In this document: positions 39,771 to 53,423 of the stretch, one piece after another
Numbering within the stretch: position 1 is the first letter of the stretch
How the letters are laid out: each line of letters begins with the position of its first letter
Source of the DNA: Octopus vulgaris
Taxonomy: Eukaryota
Assembly (NCBI GenBank): GCA_951406725.2
Contig: OX597822.1
Span: 55,552,001-55,616,000 of the forward strand
Direction of reading: 5' to 3'
DNA: 64,000 nt
Program-made: the position numbers and the translations under genes
Notes under the pieces: model-generated
What the model was told of the DNA's origin: nothing
The model's database searches: none
The model's input: the letters and a program-made list of their open reading frames with translations, nothing else

Positions 39771-40350
39771 TAGTGTTTCTTACCCCCCCCCAATAACCAT
39801 TTTTGTAACACCTCTTTTTATGTAGTTACACCTAGCGCCCACTTTAAGTGGCGAGTGAGGTATCACAACTATACTAAGTTAACATGATGATAATTTATAA
39901 ATTTTACTAGAAAGGTAAAAAAATGGATTGTAAAAGCTTTTAACAGTGAAATGATAAAAAAATTAATAAAAACAAAAGCTGTAAATTTACTTTATAAATC
40001 GTAAGTTAATGGCTTCCCTGTGCCTGATGAGATGGCAAGCCAGCAGAATCGTTAGCACTCCATGCAACATGCTTAGCGGCATTTCGTCCATCTTTACGAT
40101 GTGTGTTCAAATTCCTCTGAAATCGACTTTCTTTTTTCATCTCTTTCCTCGGTCCATTCGGGGTCGATGAAATAAGTACCAGTTGAACACTGGAGGCGAT
40201 TACATAGACTAGCACCTTCCCCTAAAATTTCAGGCCTTGTGCCTATAGCACGAAAGATTATGTTACCTCACTGACCCCTAAAACCTGACGCCCCCTTCAA
40301 CATGTCCAGCGACCCCATGGGGGTGGCACCACCTACGATGAGAACCTCTG
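39771..40350. mobile_element. hAT/Charlie-like MITE containing a family-2 SINE (40013-40260, +)
   Basis: Ends TAGTGTTTCTTA / TGAGAACCTCTG; 8-bp flanks CCCTAAAC / CCCCAAAC. Confidence 0.65.
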
Positions 40351-40555
40351 CCCCAAACTGAAAATGACATACACATACACATAGACACACACACACACAT
40401 ACATACATACTCACAGGCATAGTCGTACGTACATACATACATACTCACAGACATAGACGCACATACATACATACATACATACATACATACATACATACAT
40501 ACATACATACATACATACATACATACATACATACATACATACATACATACATACA

Positions 40556-43500
40556 TGGTAGTTGTCTACTCCTTATGCAAAGTTTAACCACCTCCTGTAC
40601 CTACACCACAGCACAATCATGGCATCTGATGTGGCTTATTAAACCAGACAAGGTTCTGAAAAGACACCCACATAGACTGCAGCTCCGATTTGGACCATCA
40701 CGAACTGCAGATAAGTTCTTCTCTTTGTGGATCGTAAAATGACTCTCGAAGCCTCCGTTGGATTTGCAAACCTTGCATTCAAAATTGTGCACAGACATAT
40801 AGGCAGAATAGTTGGTTGGATGAGATTTGAGGCCAGCAAAAGACAGGCATGGTCTGTCACGGAATGTGCACACAAAAGGTCATTGTCATTCACCTTCTTG
40901 ATCGTTACATTCTTCCTTAGATCTCTTTTGAGTCTTATTGCGTTATCCTGGCCTCTTCAAATGATTTCACTCCACTCCACACCTTTGTTCGCCATCCAAC
41001 TCGATCCAAAGCAAGGGTTTCTATATCTTCTGGAACCATTCCAAGTGACTTCATAGTAGTCCTTATGCCGTCCTTAAACCTTTTGTTTTTAGGCTTACGC
41101 CAATAGCGTTTTCCCTCTGCAAGCTCACCATAAACAGCTGTTTCGGCATGCGTTCATCTGCCATTCGAACAATATGGCCACACCATCTCAATTGGTTCCT
41201 CAAAATCATTGCTTTAACTGAGGTGATGCCTGCAGATGCAAGGATATCTGTGTTTGGAGTAAAAGAATTCCATTTAATGTTTAAAATGCGATGAAGGCAT
41301 TTTTTAGTGGAATTCTTCAAACAATTTAAAATGCCTTTCATAGCAAATCCAAGTTTTACAGGAATACAACAGAGATGGTAAGACAAATGATTTGTAAAGA
41401 GCCAGCTTTGTATTCTTATTTATATGTCGCTGGCACAAAACACGTGACTCCAAGCCAACAATCTCAAGTGACTTTCTCTTAACAAAAATGTTAGTGGGGT
41501 TACAAACAGCACCACACTCATGCTGATGCATTACAACTGGGGTTTTTTTCCGAGTTAATAGTCAAGCCAAAATCATCACAAGCCGAGTCAAATACAGATA
41601 CAAGAGATTGCAAACCTGTTTCATAATGACTGACAAGATCGCAATCGTCAGCGTGCAAATAGTTCCCTAATGAGTAAAGTAAAAACTTTCGTTTTGAATT
41701 TCAGTCTGGTCAGATTAAAAACATTTCCTGTTGTTCGATATTCTATATAAATCCCTCCTCAAAGTTTTGAAAAGCGTGTGACAACACAACAGCAAAATAT
41801 ATAGCAAAGAGGGTGGGTGCATCAAGGTCTCCTTGCTTTTCTCCATTTTCCACAGCAAAAGATTCAGAGAGCCTACCACCAAAATTAACTCTGGCTTTCA
41901 TATCTTGATGCAAAGCCCTGATCATATTTACAAATTTTTCTGGGCAACCTATTTTCCTGAGAATTAGTCACAGTGCATTTCGATTAACAGTATCGAATGC
42001 TTTGCTCAAATCAACAAAGCAATGGTATAGAGCAAGATTCTTGTAATTCTCTGACAGTAAAGATACAGTTAGCTGTGCCCCTGGAGGAACGAAAACCACA
42101 CTGAGTCTCAAATACTATATTTGGAACTATGAAGGTATTTAAACGTTCTAACAAAATGCGGGCAAGTACCTTTCCAACCACAGACAAAAGCGAAATCGCA
42201 CGAAAATTACCACACAGATCATTTGGCCTCGATTTATACGAGTAGACTAAAATGGCATCAATTCAGTCTTGAGGCACTTTCTCAGTTCTCCAACAGTGAC
42301 AAATTAATATATTTAAGATTTCAAGCATTTTATCACCCCCATACTTCAAGACTTCTGCATAGATTCCATCAGACCCTGGAGACTTATCGTTATTCAACTT
42401 ATTCACAGCTAAATATATGTCATTTAGAGTTGGTTTAAATGCCATCTCTTCTATAACTGGAAGGTGTTCAATTTTTTCTATCGTCGTCATGTCAGCGGGT
42501 GACGGTCTATTCAAAAGTGCAGAAAAGTGTTCTACCCAGCGCTTATGAATAGAAGCGGAGTCAGTCAGAAGAAAACGTTCATTTGCTGTTCTCACTGGAG
42601 CTATTGAAGGATATTTTGGGCCATATGCCTTATTATCATAAGAGTACAAACCCTTGGCATCATTTCTATCAGCTGCTTCTTGTGCTCCTTTTGCTCTATC
42701 ATTCCACCAATCCTGTTTAATTTTCCTTAGAGCAGTCTGCTCTTTCCTTTTCAGCTTTCTGTAAGTTTCGTTTGAGTTGGGGTTCAAGGACTGAGAAAGA
42801 AGTGTATTGCCTAAGTTTTGTTTTTCTAAAGGTAGATCATGAATTTCTGCTGCTCTATCTGAAAATCAGTCACTGGACGTATGTGATTTAAATCCCACTG
42901 ATGAACTTGCAGCCTGAAATACTTTTGTTTTGAAATCTTTCCACAGATTGTTTGGGTCAAGGTTGATACTTTCTATAGCATCGTGGAATCTTTGCAAGTT
43001 GCTTGATAATTTAAATTTTGCAACATTTAACATTTTGGGGTACCTTAGGACCAGACTGTCGATTTTTAGATATTATCGCAAAATCTATTTTTCCACGCAC
43101 TAGATGATGCTCAGTTCAGCTCTCTGCCCCTCTCATGGACCGAACGCTAGAAATGTCTTTCATATCACGTTTTCTGATAAGAATATAATCTATGAGATGG
43201 CAGTGCATAGATCTTGGGTGCATCCAGGTGATTTTATATATTTTTTCTGCTTAAACAGAGTGTTGGTGGCAACCAGATTATCCTCAGTACAAACGTCAAT
43301 ACAGTTACTCCATTTTTATTGCATTTTCCAATCTTATGTCGACCTAAAACAGGCCATGAAACATAGTCCTTTCCAAATCTTGTATTGAAATATCCCAATA
43401 TGACCAGCTTGTCTGAAATTGGTACTTTCGTCGATGAGCTTGCTAGATCATCATAAAACTGTCCTACAGTTTCATCAGAATGGGACATTGTTGGTGCATA

Positions 43501-44925
43501 AATACTGACAACGGTAAGAAACCTAACTTTTGTCAGTTTAATACGGCATGACATGATCCGCTCAGATATACCACTTGGAAGTTCTGCAATGGAGGATTCT
43601 AATATATTCTTGAGAGCAAACCCAACACCAGATTCTCTACGCTGACCCTTAGGTAGACCTCTCCAGAAGATAGTATATCCTTTAGAAGATTCGTTTACTT
43701 GACCAGAAAGACGAGATTCAAGAGAGCGCATTTATATCAAGGGAATATTTCCTAAGCTCGCATGCAGTAAGTGCAGTACACCTTTCTGGCCTCTTGTTGA
43801 AATTATCATCAAGAAGTGTGCACACTTTCCAACAACTAAAATTCAAAGGATGTTTATTTTTCCTTTTTCTTGAAGATTGTTTGACCACAGTGGCAGGATG
43901 ACGACCGGTCCAGCCTGTGATACATTGGGACATCTGCCGAGCCAGACCTGTTCCCCTGACGTTCCAAAGCCTTTTTTGCCATATACTGAATCTGTTTGAG
44001 ACATTTTGGAGTAAGTTTCAAGTACATTTTTAGGTTACTACCAACCAACCAATTCAATGATTTTTATCAAGATTTGGAGTACAGGAAGTACCTGTGCAGA
44101 TGAACAATTTTCAGTGAGTGTAGCTTGCACTGCACTACCCCCACCTATTGGCCCAAGAAGAGTTTTGCCGGTGTGACATGGAAATTGACAAAAGCAGAAA
44201 CTTCCAAGGCATCAGGTTTTATTTCGGAGATTTCTTTCTCCTTGGTAGATTACAAACCAATGTTAAAGAGCTTCTACCTGCCAATGAGCAAGCCCGTTTT
44301 CTCTCGGTAGTTGCTGTTGCGAAAGAGATAGTATGGAAGACGAGAGTGAAAGGAATTGCAACAGGCATGTTCATCTCCAGTCTCGAGCTAATCGACTTTT
44401 TCGTTTTCCACGTGAAACGGAAAATAAGGCTGGAGAAGAAATGCCTGTCGCAAAGTGTGTTTCGTAAAAGATGGAAGTCTGAAGCAATTATGTTGCGAGT
44501 GAAAGAACCTGTCTAAACGAAAACCAAAAAAAGACAAAGCAACGTCTTCAGTGTGAGTATGTGGCTTGTGGGATCGACCGCACCCTCCGCTTCATTTTTT
44601 GTAAATCACTGAGTCTCATTTAATTGTATATATTTTAATTGTTTGTTTATTCATACGTTTCGTCTCATTCAATCCATTGACCCCCAATGTTTGTTTCCTC
44701 GTATCGTCCCCTCTTTTTCTCAACCTCATGGTTAATAAAGAAATTGACTGTTCAGGAGTTCATCCGCCCTTTGACGGGTCTTATTTTTCATCCCGCAGGG
44801 TGTCCAACAACACCCTCCTCACCAAATAAGCCTGGTGGGGTTGCCAGTTTAGTCGCCGACGACCCGACCATGCGACAGGTTTTACTGGATTACATGTTAC
44901 CAGTAGCACTCAAGAGCGACCTGAC
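40556..44925 (-). mobile_element. Near-full-length RTE-clade LINE, frameshifted
   Basis: APE: RPERCTAL...ELRKYSLDINALS, SGVGFAL, SIYAPT. RT: KSPGSDGI, FVDLSKAFD, KQGD.APTLF. C-terminal QLRWCGHIVRM and C2H2-like motifs. (CATA)n on both flanks. Confidence 0.92.
44282..44745 (+). mobile_element. L1/Tx1-like 3' fragment inserted in the RTE 5' UTR
   Basis: FLSVVAVAKEIVWKTRVKG...FHVKRKIRLEKK is homologous to the C-terminus of ORF 22576. Ends CCTCATGGTTAATAAAGAAAT. Confidence 0.85.
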
Positions 44926-44960
44926 ATACATACATACATACATACATACATACATACATA

Positions 44961-45171
44961 CATACATACATTACCTAAGTAATTCAATCAGTAGTGGGAA
45001 TTGGTAGAGCTGCCGATTACTTTATGTAGGTAAAGAAAGCAGCTGTTCAGATGGGTATTTTATTACAGAACTACATTAAAGAATGTGTTACGTATATCTA
45101 TCACAGCAATCGGCAGCTTTACATAATACCAATCTCCACCATTGATTAAATTACTTAGGTAATGTATGTAT
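44961..45171. repeat. Imperfect inverted repeat (~60-bp arms) in a CATA context
   Basis: CATTACCTAAGTAATTCAATCA...GCTGCCGATT pairs with AATCGGCAGC...TGATTAAATTACTTAGGTAATG. Confidence 0.7.
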
Positions 45172-45269
45172 GTCATTATTCCGTTTATTTCGAAATTTCT
45201 AGCCAATTGAGAAAGAGCCGGTTTTTTAACTAGATCCAAGGCTCCATTGGAATTTCAACATTGGAATTT

Positions 45270-45330
45270 TTGTATGTATGCATGTATGTATGTATGTATG
45301 TATGTATGTATGTATGTATGTATGTATGTA

Positions 45331-45376
<46 letters not shown>

Positions 45377-46400
45377 CGTACGTACGTACGTACGTATGTA
45401 TGTATGTATGTATGTATGTATGTATGTATGTATGTATGTATGTATGTATGTATGTATGTATGTATGTATGTATGCATGCATTCATGCATGCATGCATGTA
45501 TGTATGTATGTATGTATGTATGTATGTATGTATGTATGTATGTATGTGCCGATTTATACGTTTTATGTATGTATTCACCATGCATATAGTTACATATCTA
45601 GACATGCTCATATATATTTAAATGATAAACTTCTGGAGATTTTTACAGATTTTTACAGTTCCAGTGATGGATTGGATTTGTAGTCTTCGAATTAGCTTTT
45701 TCCTTTCTGGTTTTGAGAAGTCTAATTTCTCAAGACTGGTATTTAGGCAGTGTGTTACATATCATAGGACCCCAATAATTACAGGTATAAACCTGAACTT
45801 GTAATCTGTATAGACTAACTGCAGATTTCTCCATAGTTCAGCATAGGCGTTCTCTTTTTCACTGATCTTCTGTTTTATGTTAACACCTGCTGAGTAGCTA
45901 ATTTCCACAACTGTGCACAGTTTCTCTTCTCTATCCCAAATCATTATATCAGGTCTGTTGTGCTTACATTTTACTGAGGTCTTCACTGGTACATTCCACC
46001 AATATTCCTTTTTATTATGAGTGGCTATGGCTTCTACCATATTGTGGGTTCTTAGTTCTTTGTCCTCGGGATTATCCTTCTGACGGATTTCATTATAGAG
46101 TGTCCTAGATACAACATCATGTCGCATCGGTAGATAATAACATAATGAGATTTTCAGACAACTGCTTATGATGTGGATGATATCTTCCGTGTGAACGCCA
46201 CAAAGTCTTCATCGGTTGTCACATTTTATGCTTTTTCTGTATCTGTATCCCTTTTGTGTATCAGATACTTGGTTGATATTTCCTGTTCCGGTATTGCAAA
46301 CATATACCCTTCAAAGTTCGAGATAGTAATCCGGTTATTGGTCCATGATAGACTGTTTTGATTATCAATGTTACTATCTTCTCGGAGCTTTCTACTAACA
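45270..46400 (-). mobile_element. Second R4/Dong-like RLE retrotransposon copy with (CATA)n-type tail
   Basis: ORF 45762-46127 (RHDVVSR...HNRPDIMIWD...VVEIS) and the 3' UTR match the 2490-3755 copy. Confidence 0.88.
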
Positions 46401-46401
46401 T

Positions 46402-46686
46402 GTGGACTTTGGATGCTGGGTCAAAAAAATTGACACCAGCACATTACCTGAGTGGGTAAGTCATCATAATCTTTTCAAAGATTATAATATAAACATTTTT
46501 GAAAAAGATGATTCACTGTGTTAAAAAGTTGAATTAACAGGTTAAATGAGTCGCTTGAAAGTGGGGCCGAACGGCTTCATTTCACTTGTCATTTTTCATC
46601 TATTATTTTATTCATCCTTCATATTCGTTTTTTGTCCCCACCTTGTGCTGTCCCTCTATGTTGGCACCTTTTGGGTAATAAAGAAC
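46402..46686 (+). mobile_element. Short copy of the 47352-48155 element
   Basis: GACTTTGGATGCTGGGTCAAAAAAATTGACACCAGCAC...GAGTGGGTAAGTCAT; tail CCCTCTATGTTGGC...GGGTAATAAAGAA. Confidence 0.75.
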
Positions 46687-46937
46687 CACTCTCGCATTTA
46701 TGGATTACGTTCGAAAGGTTAGTCAAGTGTATTGAGTTCTACTTGTTAGTAGTAGTTGTTGTTGTTGTCTTACGACACTTGTTTTTGCTGCCCACGGCAG
46801 TTTTGTTGACGCTGCCCCCCCCCCTTGCTCGAAGTGGGTAGTGCTGTGTTTTATGATGACTTATGAAAACCTTAGCTTCTCAGAGTTTACGTCTTCCGAG
46901 GAGAAATTACTAAAGGCTATCGGTTCTATGGACAAAC

Positions 46938-47350
46938 AACTCTTTTACTCTTTATTCTTTTACTTGTTTCAGTAATTTGACTGCAGCAATGCTGGAGCAC
47001 CGCCTTTAGAGTCGAGCAAATTGACCTCAGGACTTATTTTTGTAAGACTAGTACTTATTCCATCGGTCTCTTTTGCCGAACCGCTAAGTTATGGGGACGT
47101 AAACACACCAGCATCGGCTGTCAAGCGATGTTGGCGGACAAACACGGACTCACAAAATACACATAGAAATATATATACATATACATATATACGACGGGTT
47201 TCTTTCAGTTTCCGTCAACCAAATCCACTCACAAGGCTTTGGTCGGCTCGAAGCTATAGTAGAAGACACTTGCCCAAAGTGCCATGCAGTGGGACTGAAC
47301 CCGGAACCATGCGGTTGGTAAGCAAGCTACTTACCACACAGCCACTCCTG
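46938..47350 (-). mobile_element. SINE family 1, full length
   Basis: All modules present. Confidence 0.92.
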
Positions 47351-47351
47351 C

Positions 47352-48155
47352 AGAAAAGAAAATGGATTTTGCGGCAGTGGCCAAAAGCCAGTACAAGAAG
47401 GTAGAGTTATCAGAACTCGGAAAATATATGTACTAGCGCCGAGGAAGAGGAGGTGAGCAATGAAAAGAACGAATGGGAAATAGCAGGGGAAAAAAAGAAA
47501 AAGGAAAAAGAAAGCACATTCTGTAAATGTTGACCCCCATCCCACACCCATCCGACTCCCACCCAAACCCACTCCGTCCCACCCTTCCCTGCAGACACCA
47601 ACCCTCTCCCATCTGACACTGAAAGATAAGCACAACACACACAGAAGCCCCCAAACTTCCCCACCCCCGCCATGTGAAGAAAAAATGTCATCTTATACAA
47701 TGGACCTAACGATAAACTGCAATAAGAGATAGGCTCCTGGGACAGAATAATACTGGTGAACACTATAGGACGTACTGGGACACCCTGGCACTACAATTGC
47801 GTGGTGGTGGACCCAAAGTATATTTCGAAATTAAAGGATTATAAGGAAGACTTTGAGTGCTGGATCAAGAAAACTGACACCAGCACGATACCAGAGTGGG
47901 TAAGTCATTATAAGTTTTTGAATAACTTTACCATAGACATTTTTCGACATGATGAAAATTAACTGTTTTAAATATTGTTTTTAAAAAAAGCTGTAACTAA
48001 CAGGATAAATGAAGACGCTTGGAGGTTGGGCCGAGTGGCTTCATTTCATTTGTAATTATTTCATTTATCTATTTTATTCCTTTCCATCTGTTTTTTTTGT
48101 TCCCACCTTGTGTCATCCCTCTATGTTGGCCTCTTATGGGTAATAGAGAAATAAA
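47352..48155 (+). mobile_element. Non-autonomous retroelement with non-RT coding remnant and Tx1-like tail (HAL1-like candidate)
   Basis: Remnant ORF DFECWIKKTDTSTIPEWVSHY is conserved in two copies. The tail resembles those of the Tx1-like LINEs and SINE family 2. Confidence 0.55.
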
Positions 48156-48199
48156 ACTGTATTGATTTGTATTTAGTCCCCTCAAGACATGCTTCTCGG

Positions 48200-51070
48200 G
48201 TAAGGGTAGACGAGATCCTTCTTGAAGTAGATGTTGCCTGGCTATTAGCCAGGCAACATCTATTTGCTTGGGGGACAACAATCTGTTGTCCTCCAAGCAA
48301 AAAGGATGCCGACAAGAAATTGGCAAGGACAGGGGCTGGAAATGGTGGTCCAGACCACTCCGGAAGAATGCCCTTCACCCAGCGCAAAGGCACCAAAAGG
48401 AGAAATCGCACCTCCGGCGAAGTCGTCTCATATATCTAGTATATATACATACACAAAAGGAAAGGCACCAAAGAAGAAAAAAAGGCGCACTATCTACTTC
48501 CGAAAGACAATATGCGGATGTAGTGCGTGGTCCAACAAACGACCGGCTTCACCCAGGGCAGCAGCTGAACAACAATCAGTTTTGAGCATGGCACAAAAGG
48601 TTGTCCAGCAGCTGAACTGGCTAGACACACACAAACTTGGAACTACACCAACCACCAGACAAGGCCGCCACCGACAACAGATACAGAATGGCCACCAGTA
48701 ACACCAACACAGACGTCACAAAAATATTTCTACTAAATATCGGAGGGCTGTAACACGGCAACTGTAAAACAAAAATTTCGTCCCTGCGAGACCTTGCTGC
48801 ATGCAATCAAACTCTATGCATAGCACTTGTGGAAACGCACCTTAGACATGATACAGGGGAAGCAGAAATACACATACCACAATATGTTGCCATACGCCCA
48901 GATCGAGAAGGGAGCCATGGTGGAGTTGCTGTGTAATTCCGAGAGGACCTCACACCTCAGGCCCTGCTGTCATATGAGTGCGTGACACTCAAATGGTACA
49001 CATAAGACAACTTAATATTGATGTACTACATATCACCCACTGGATGCTCCAAATCATACAGGTAAGTTTGAATACTGCCTAACAAAAATAGGAGTTCTCA
49101 CCAAACTGGAACAACACATCAGTGTATTCCTTTTGGGAGATTTAAACTTCCCCAATGTGGGATGGCCTGCGGGCCAGATGCTCCTTCCAGGAATGACACA
49201 CCACCAGCAAGCACAGGCGGAGTCCCTGCTCCACCTTACCAATGCTTCTTTCATGGACCAATTTCTGCTGCAACCAATCAAGGCAAACAATGTACTGGAT
49301 TTCTGCTACACAAACAGTATCAACGTTATCCATAAAGTTCAAGTGACACCGACGCTGGTCTCGGATCACAACATAATAGAACTGTCTACGTATAGAACAA
49401 ATGCCTCTGGAGACGTGTAGCCTATACGAAGCACCCAAAATCACTCCAAACTAAAATTTTCATAAAGCAAATTGGAAGTTGATTGAGAAAGAGGTCCTCA
49501 AACAGGATTGGTCTTAAGGTCTCTCCACACAAGACATTGGCATGAAACACAAATGTTTCATGTCCATAATGCAAGCCATATATGACAAATCTGTCCCAGT
49601 GCTCAGGGCCAACATACACAAAAACAAGATCTCTAGGGAGAGGAAGATTATTATGAGACGACGGACAAAGATTGCGAACCGCCTGAGCAAACATCCCAAT
49701 AGTGGCGAGAAGTGTCGTCTGGAGAGAGCGCTGTTGGAGATTGAGAAAAATCTGCATCAATCTCATATAAAAATAAGAGAGCAGATAAAGAAATGTCAAG
49801 TCGAACCCTAAAGCTTTTTTTAACTTTGTCAAAGAAACAGCCTCAGTACGCCACAAGATAGGACCTCTCTTCCAAAAAAGATGGTTCCTTTACAGGAAGC
49901 CTAACTAGGATCAGTGAAATACAGAACGAACAGTTCCAAAGTGTACTCACTACACTTCTGGAACACAGGGTTAGGATAAACAAACCAGTAGAATTCTTTG
50001 TCATTTTACTTGTAACCAAAGAGGCAAAAGTTGATTGCATTAACATTGAAGATGTAACACTGGCCATAGATGAGGTTAACACAGACTCAGCTACTGGCCC
50101 TGATGGATTCCCAGTGGTCTTTCTCAAATCGTATAAACGAGCCTTTGCAAACCACTGCAGTTTCTTTTTCAGAGCTTTCTTGCAAGCGGTAAGCTCGCAG
50201 ACAAACTAAAGGAATGGATAATAAGGGAGGAAGCAGAGCAGAAGCTAAAAATTAGAGGCCTATCTCTCTGACCTCATACATCAACAAAGTCATGGAATGA
50301 ATAGTCTGCAAGAAACTAATCGCGTTCCTTCAAGAAAAGGCTTTGCTGACTGACACTCAGCATGGATTTCGACCAGGTAGAAGCTTCATACCACAGCTCT
50401 TGCAACACTAAGACAGGCTGTTAAAACAGCTGCTAAACGATACAAGTGTGGATGTGATCTATCTCGACTTTGCAAAAAGCCTTTGATAAAGACGGCCACT
50501 GAGTGATCTCGGTATAGTCGGAAAACTTGGAGAGTGGCTGCACGGCTTTCCAAAAGATAGATGTCAGACAGTGGTTGCCAACGGAACCACCTCCAAGGAA
50601 ACACAAATAGCAAGTGGTGTTCCACAGGGCACTGTCTTAGGGCCATTGCTATTCATAGTAACCCTCTCAGACATATCCTCAGCTGTTCAGATAGCCACCG
50701 TTGCTAATTATGCAGATGACACAAAAGTCTCTCAGACAATACAAAATTCTGGAAATATTGCACATCTGCAACGGGATTGGACGCAATATACAGGTGAGCT
50801 GAGAACAACAACAATGCAGAAAAATTCCAAGCCCTGCGCTACCAACCCACAAAGCTGAACGACATGCTGACAGGATACACTGTCCCGGGAGGAAGCGTAA
50901 TCCCTGAATCAAACTCAGTGCGTGACCTGGGCATTAACGTGAGCAATGATGCATATTTCCAAGTGCATATTACCGATTTTGTAATAAACTACAGACAGCT
51001 AGCTGGATGGATCCTCCGAACTTTCAAAACAAGAGAAAAAGAAATAATGATGGTCCTTTGGAGGGCATAC
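48200..51070 (+). mobile_element. CR1/Jockey-group LINE, heavily decayed
   Basis: APE: ALVETHL, HGGVAV, GDLNFP, LDF, SDHN. RT: GPDGFP, RPISLTS, QHGFRPGRS, YLDFAK, SGVPQGTVLGPLLF, YADDTK, RDLGI. Confidence 0.9.
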
Positions 51071-51135
51071 GTGCACAGACACAGACACAGACACACACAG
51101 ACACACACAGACACAGACACACACACACACACACA

Positions 51136-51187
<52 letters not shown>

Positions 51188-51362
51188 CATGCGCACGTGA
51201 CATGTCTCTGTATAGTTTCCCCTTTCAACCTATCAAATTCACTCACAAGGCATTGGTGATTCCTAAACTACTGCAATAGAAAACATTTGAATAGGGTACC
51301 GCACGGTGACACTTAATCCGAGTTTGGCACATGCCCTGAAATTTTGGGAAAGAGGATAAGTC

Positions 51363-52386
51363 TGTAGAGCGACCGTACGTAAAGGAGATGATGACCAATA
51401 TCTCCTTTTAAACGCCGCACGGTCGCCAACAAAAGAAACCAAAATACATAGAATAAAAGAATACCAGTGCCAAGAAAGAATAAGGAGGAAAACACAACCG
51501 TATTATGTATAAGAGAAAAGACTTTATTTACAGATGTGTTCGTGAGGAGCAGAGTGTTTGTCTATGAATGCAACAAGTGTGTGTCTGTGTGTGCGATATA
51601 AGTACAAACAAGGTGTATTCGTGACTGCGACATAATTGTGTGTCTGTGTGTTCGTGAGTGCGTTATAATTGTGTACATAATAAGACAGACCGTCAAACAT
51701 ACAATGTGTGTGTACAAAATAAGGTGTATGTGTGTGAGATAATACAGAGCATAGAAATGAGTGTTCAGACTCATGGAGTGTTCAGACTAATGGAGTTAAT
51801 TACCAGTTCGTAAGATACACAATAGTTAGTTCTGTAACAGAGAGGTTGAGGCAAAGTGGAGAGCCGGTTACTACGCGTGTAGAAGTTGTGGCTTCTATCC
51901 TATGCCGGATCACTTGGTACAAAAGATCTCGCAGGTAGACTGGAGCTGTTAATCTTGGTCAGTATTCACAAACAGCGTGAAGTTAAACCTGGAACGATGT
52001 TGATGTGTACATATTGTTGAAGTCGACGAGGGTGATGGCGACGGCGGAGAAAGGTCCTGAAATGCTGCGGTGGTGTTGGCGCTGGTTGAGTCGGTTGTCT
52101 GGTTTGTGGTCAGCAGTTAGCCCTAAGAAGGACTAGAACCAAAGACACAAATGGTTTGTCGTAACTACCTTATAAAGACATTAGTGGGCTCCAGAGAAGA
52201 ACCTAGAAGACTGTATCACGGGACCTTATGTGAAGGTTGTGAATGGTTGGTTTACACATTGGCGCGAAATAAAGCAAGAGATAAAACTGCACCAAAACCA
52301 ACCAATCAGGGCAGCGGACACAACTGGTCCTAAGCAGCCGAAGGATGACTGCTATCTGCTACGACGTTATTTGTATTGTATATCTC

Positions 52387-52484
<98 letters not shown>

Positions 52485-52496
52485 TGTTTCGCTACA
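51363..52496 (-). mobile_element. Solo LTR (~1.13 kb) inserted in a family-2 SINE
   Basis: TGTAGAGCGA...TCGCTACA termini with 4-bp TSD AGTC. Removing it restores SINE sequence ATAAGTC|GATTGCATCGACCCC. Orientation inferred from minus-strand AATAAA near 51525. Confidence 0.8.
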
Positions 52497-52879
52497 AGTC
52501 GATTGCATCGACCCCTGTACTGGACTTGCACGTAATTTATCAACCTTGAAAGGATGAAATGCAAAGTAAATCTCGACAGAATTTGAACTCAGAACGTAGA
52601 AACAGACGAAATCCCGCTTAGCATTTTGCTCGGTATTTTCACGTTTCTGCCAACTCGCAGCCTTTGGTTTAAAATTTTGGCACAAGGTCAGCAATCTCTA
52701 GGGAGGAGGTATATTGATTGCGTTAGCACCATTGTCAAACTGGTACTTGTTTAAAATAGTGCTTATTTTATCGACCCCGAAATGATGGAAGGCAAATTCA
52801 ACCTCAGCGGAAATTGGACTCATAACGTAAAGCGCCGGAAGAAGTACCAGAAAGCATTTTGCCCGACGCTCTGACGATT

Positions 52880-52880
<1 letters not shown>
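52497..52880 (-). mobile_element. Two adjacent degraded family-2 SINEs
   Basis: GAAAGGATGAAATGCAAAG...TTTGAACTCAGAACG and TTATCGACCCCGAAATGATGGAAGGCAAA. Confidence 0.75.
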
Positions 52881-52950
<70 letters not shown>

Positions 52951-53423
52951 TAATCAACATCTGGAGAAATTCTTTAGACTAAGAATATATACCGAAATAA
53001 CTCTTATCCCGGTCTGTCATCCCGGTTTCTCACCTCCCATATCATTAAAGTGTTTGAAAGGGTGCTGAGATCTAGGATAGCTGGCTTCCTGGAGAGCTAC
53101 AATCTCCTGAATTCAAACTAGTATGGCTTTCACTCTTACACCACATCGACGATATCCTTAAAGCCTTGGGATCGGGTTCGAACTCTGATGTCATATATCT
53201 TGACTTCAGTAAAGTGTTCGACAGGGTCAACCATAATATCCTACTGTCAAGATTGTCAAATGCTGGAATCCGTGAAAAATTGCTACACTGAATACTGCTA
53301 CTTTGAATATTTCCTGGAGAACAGAACACATGTTGTAATCGGTGGAATTCACTCATGCCCAACAAAAGTCACCAGTGGTGTTACTCAGGAGACTGTCTCA
53401 GGCCCACTTCTTTTTATAGACTA

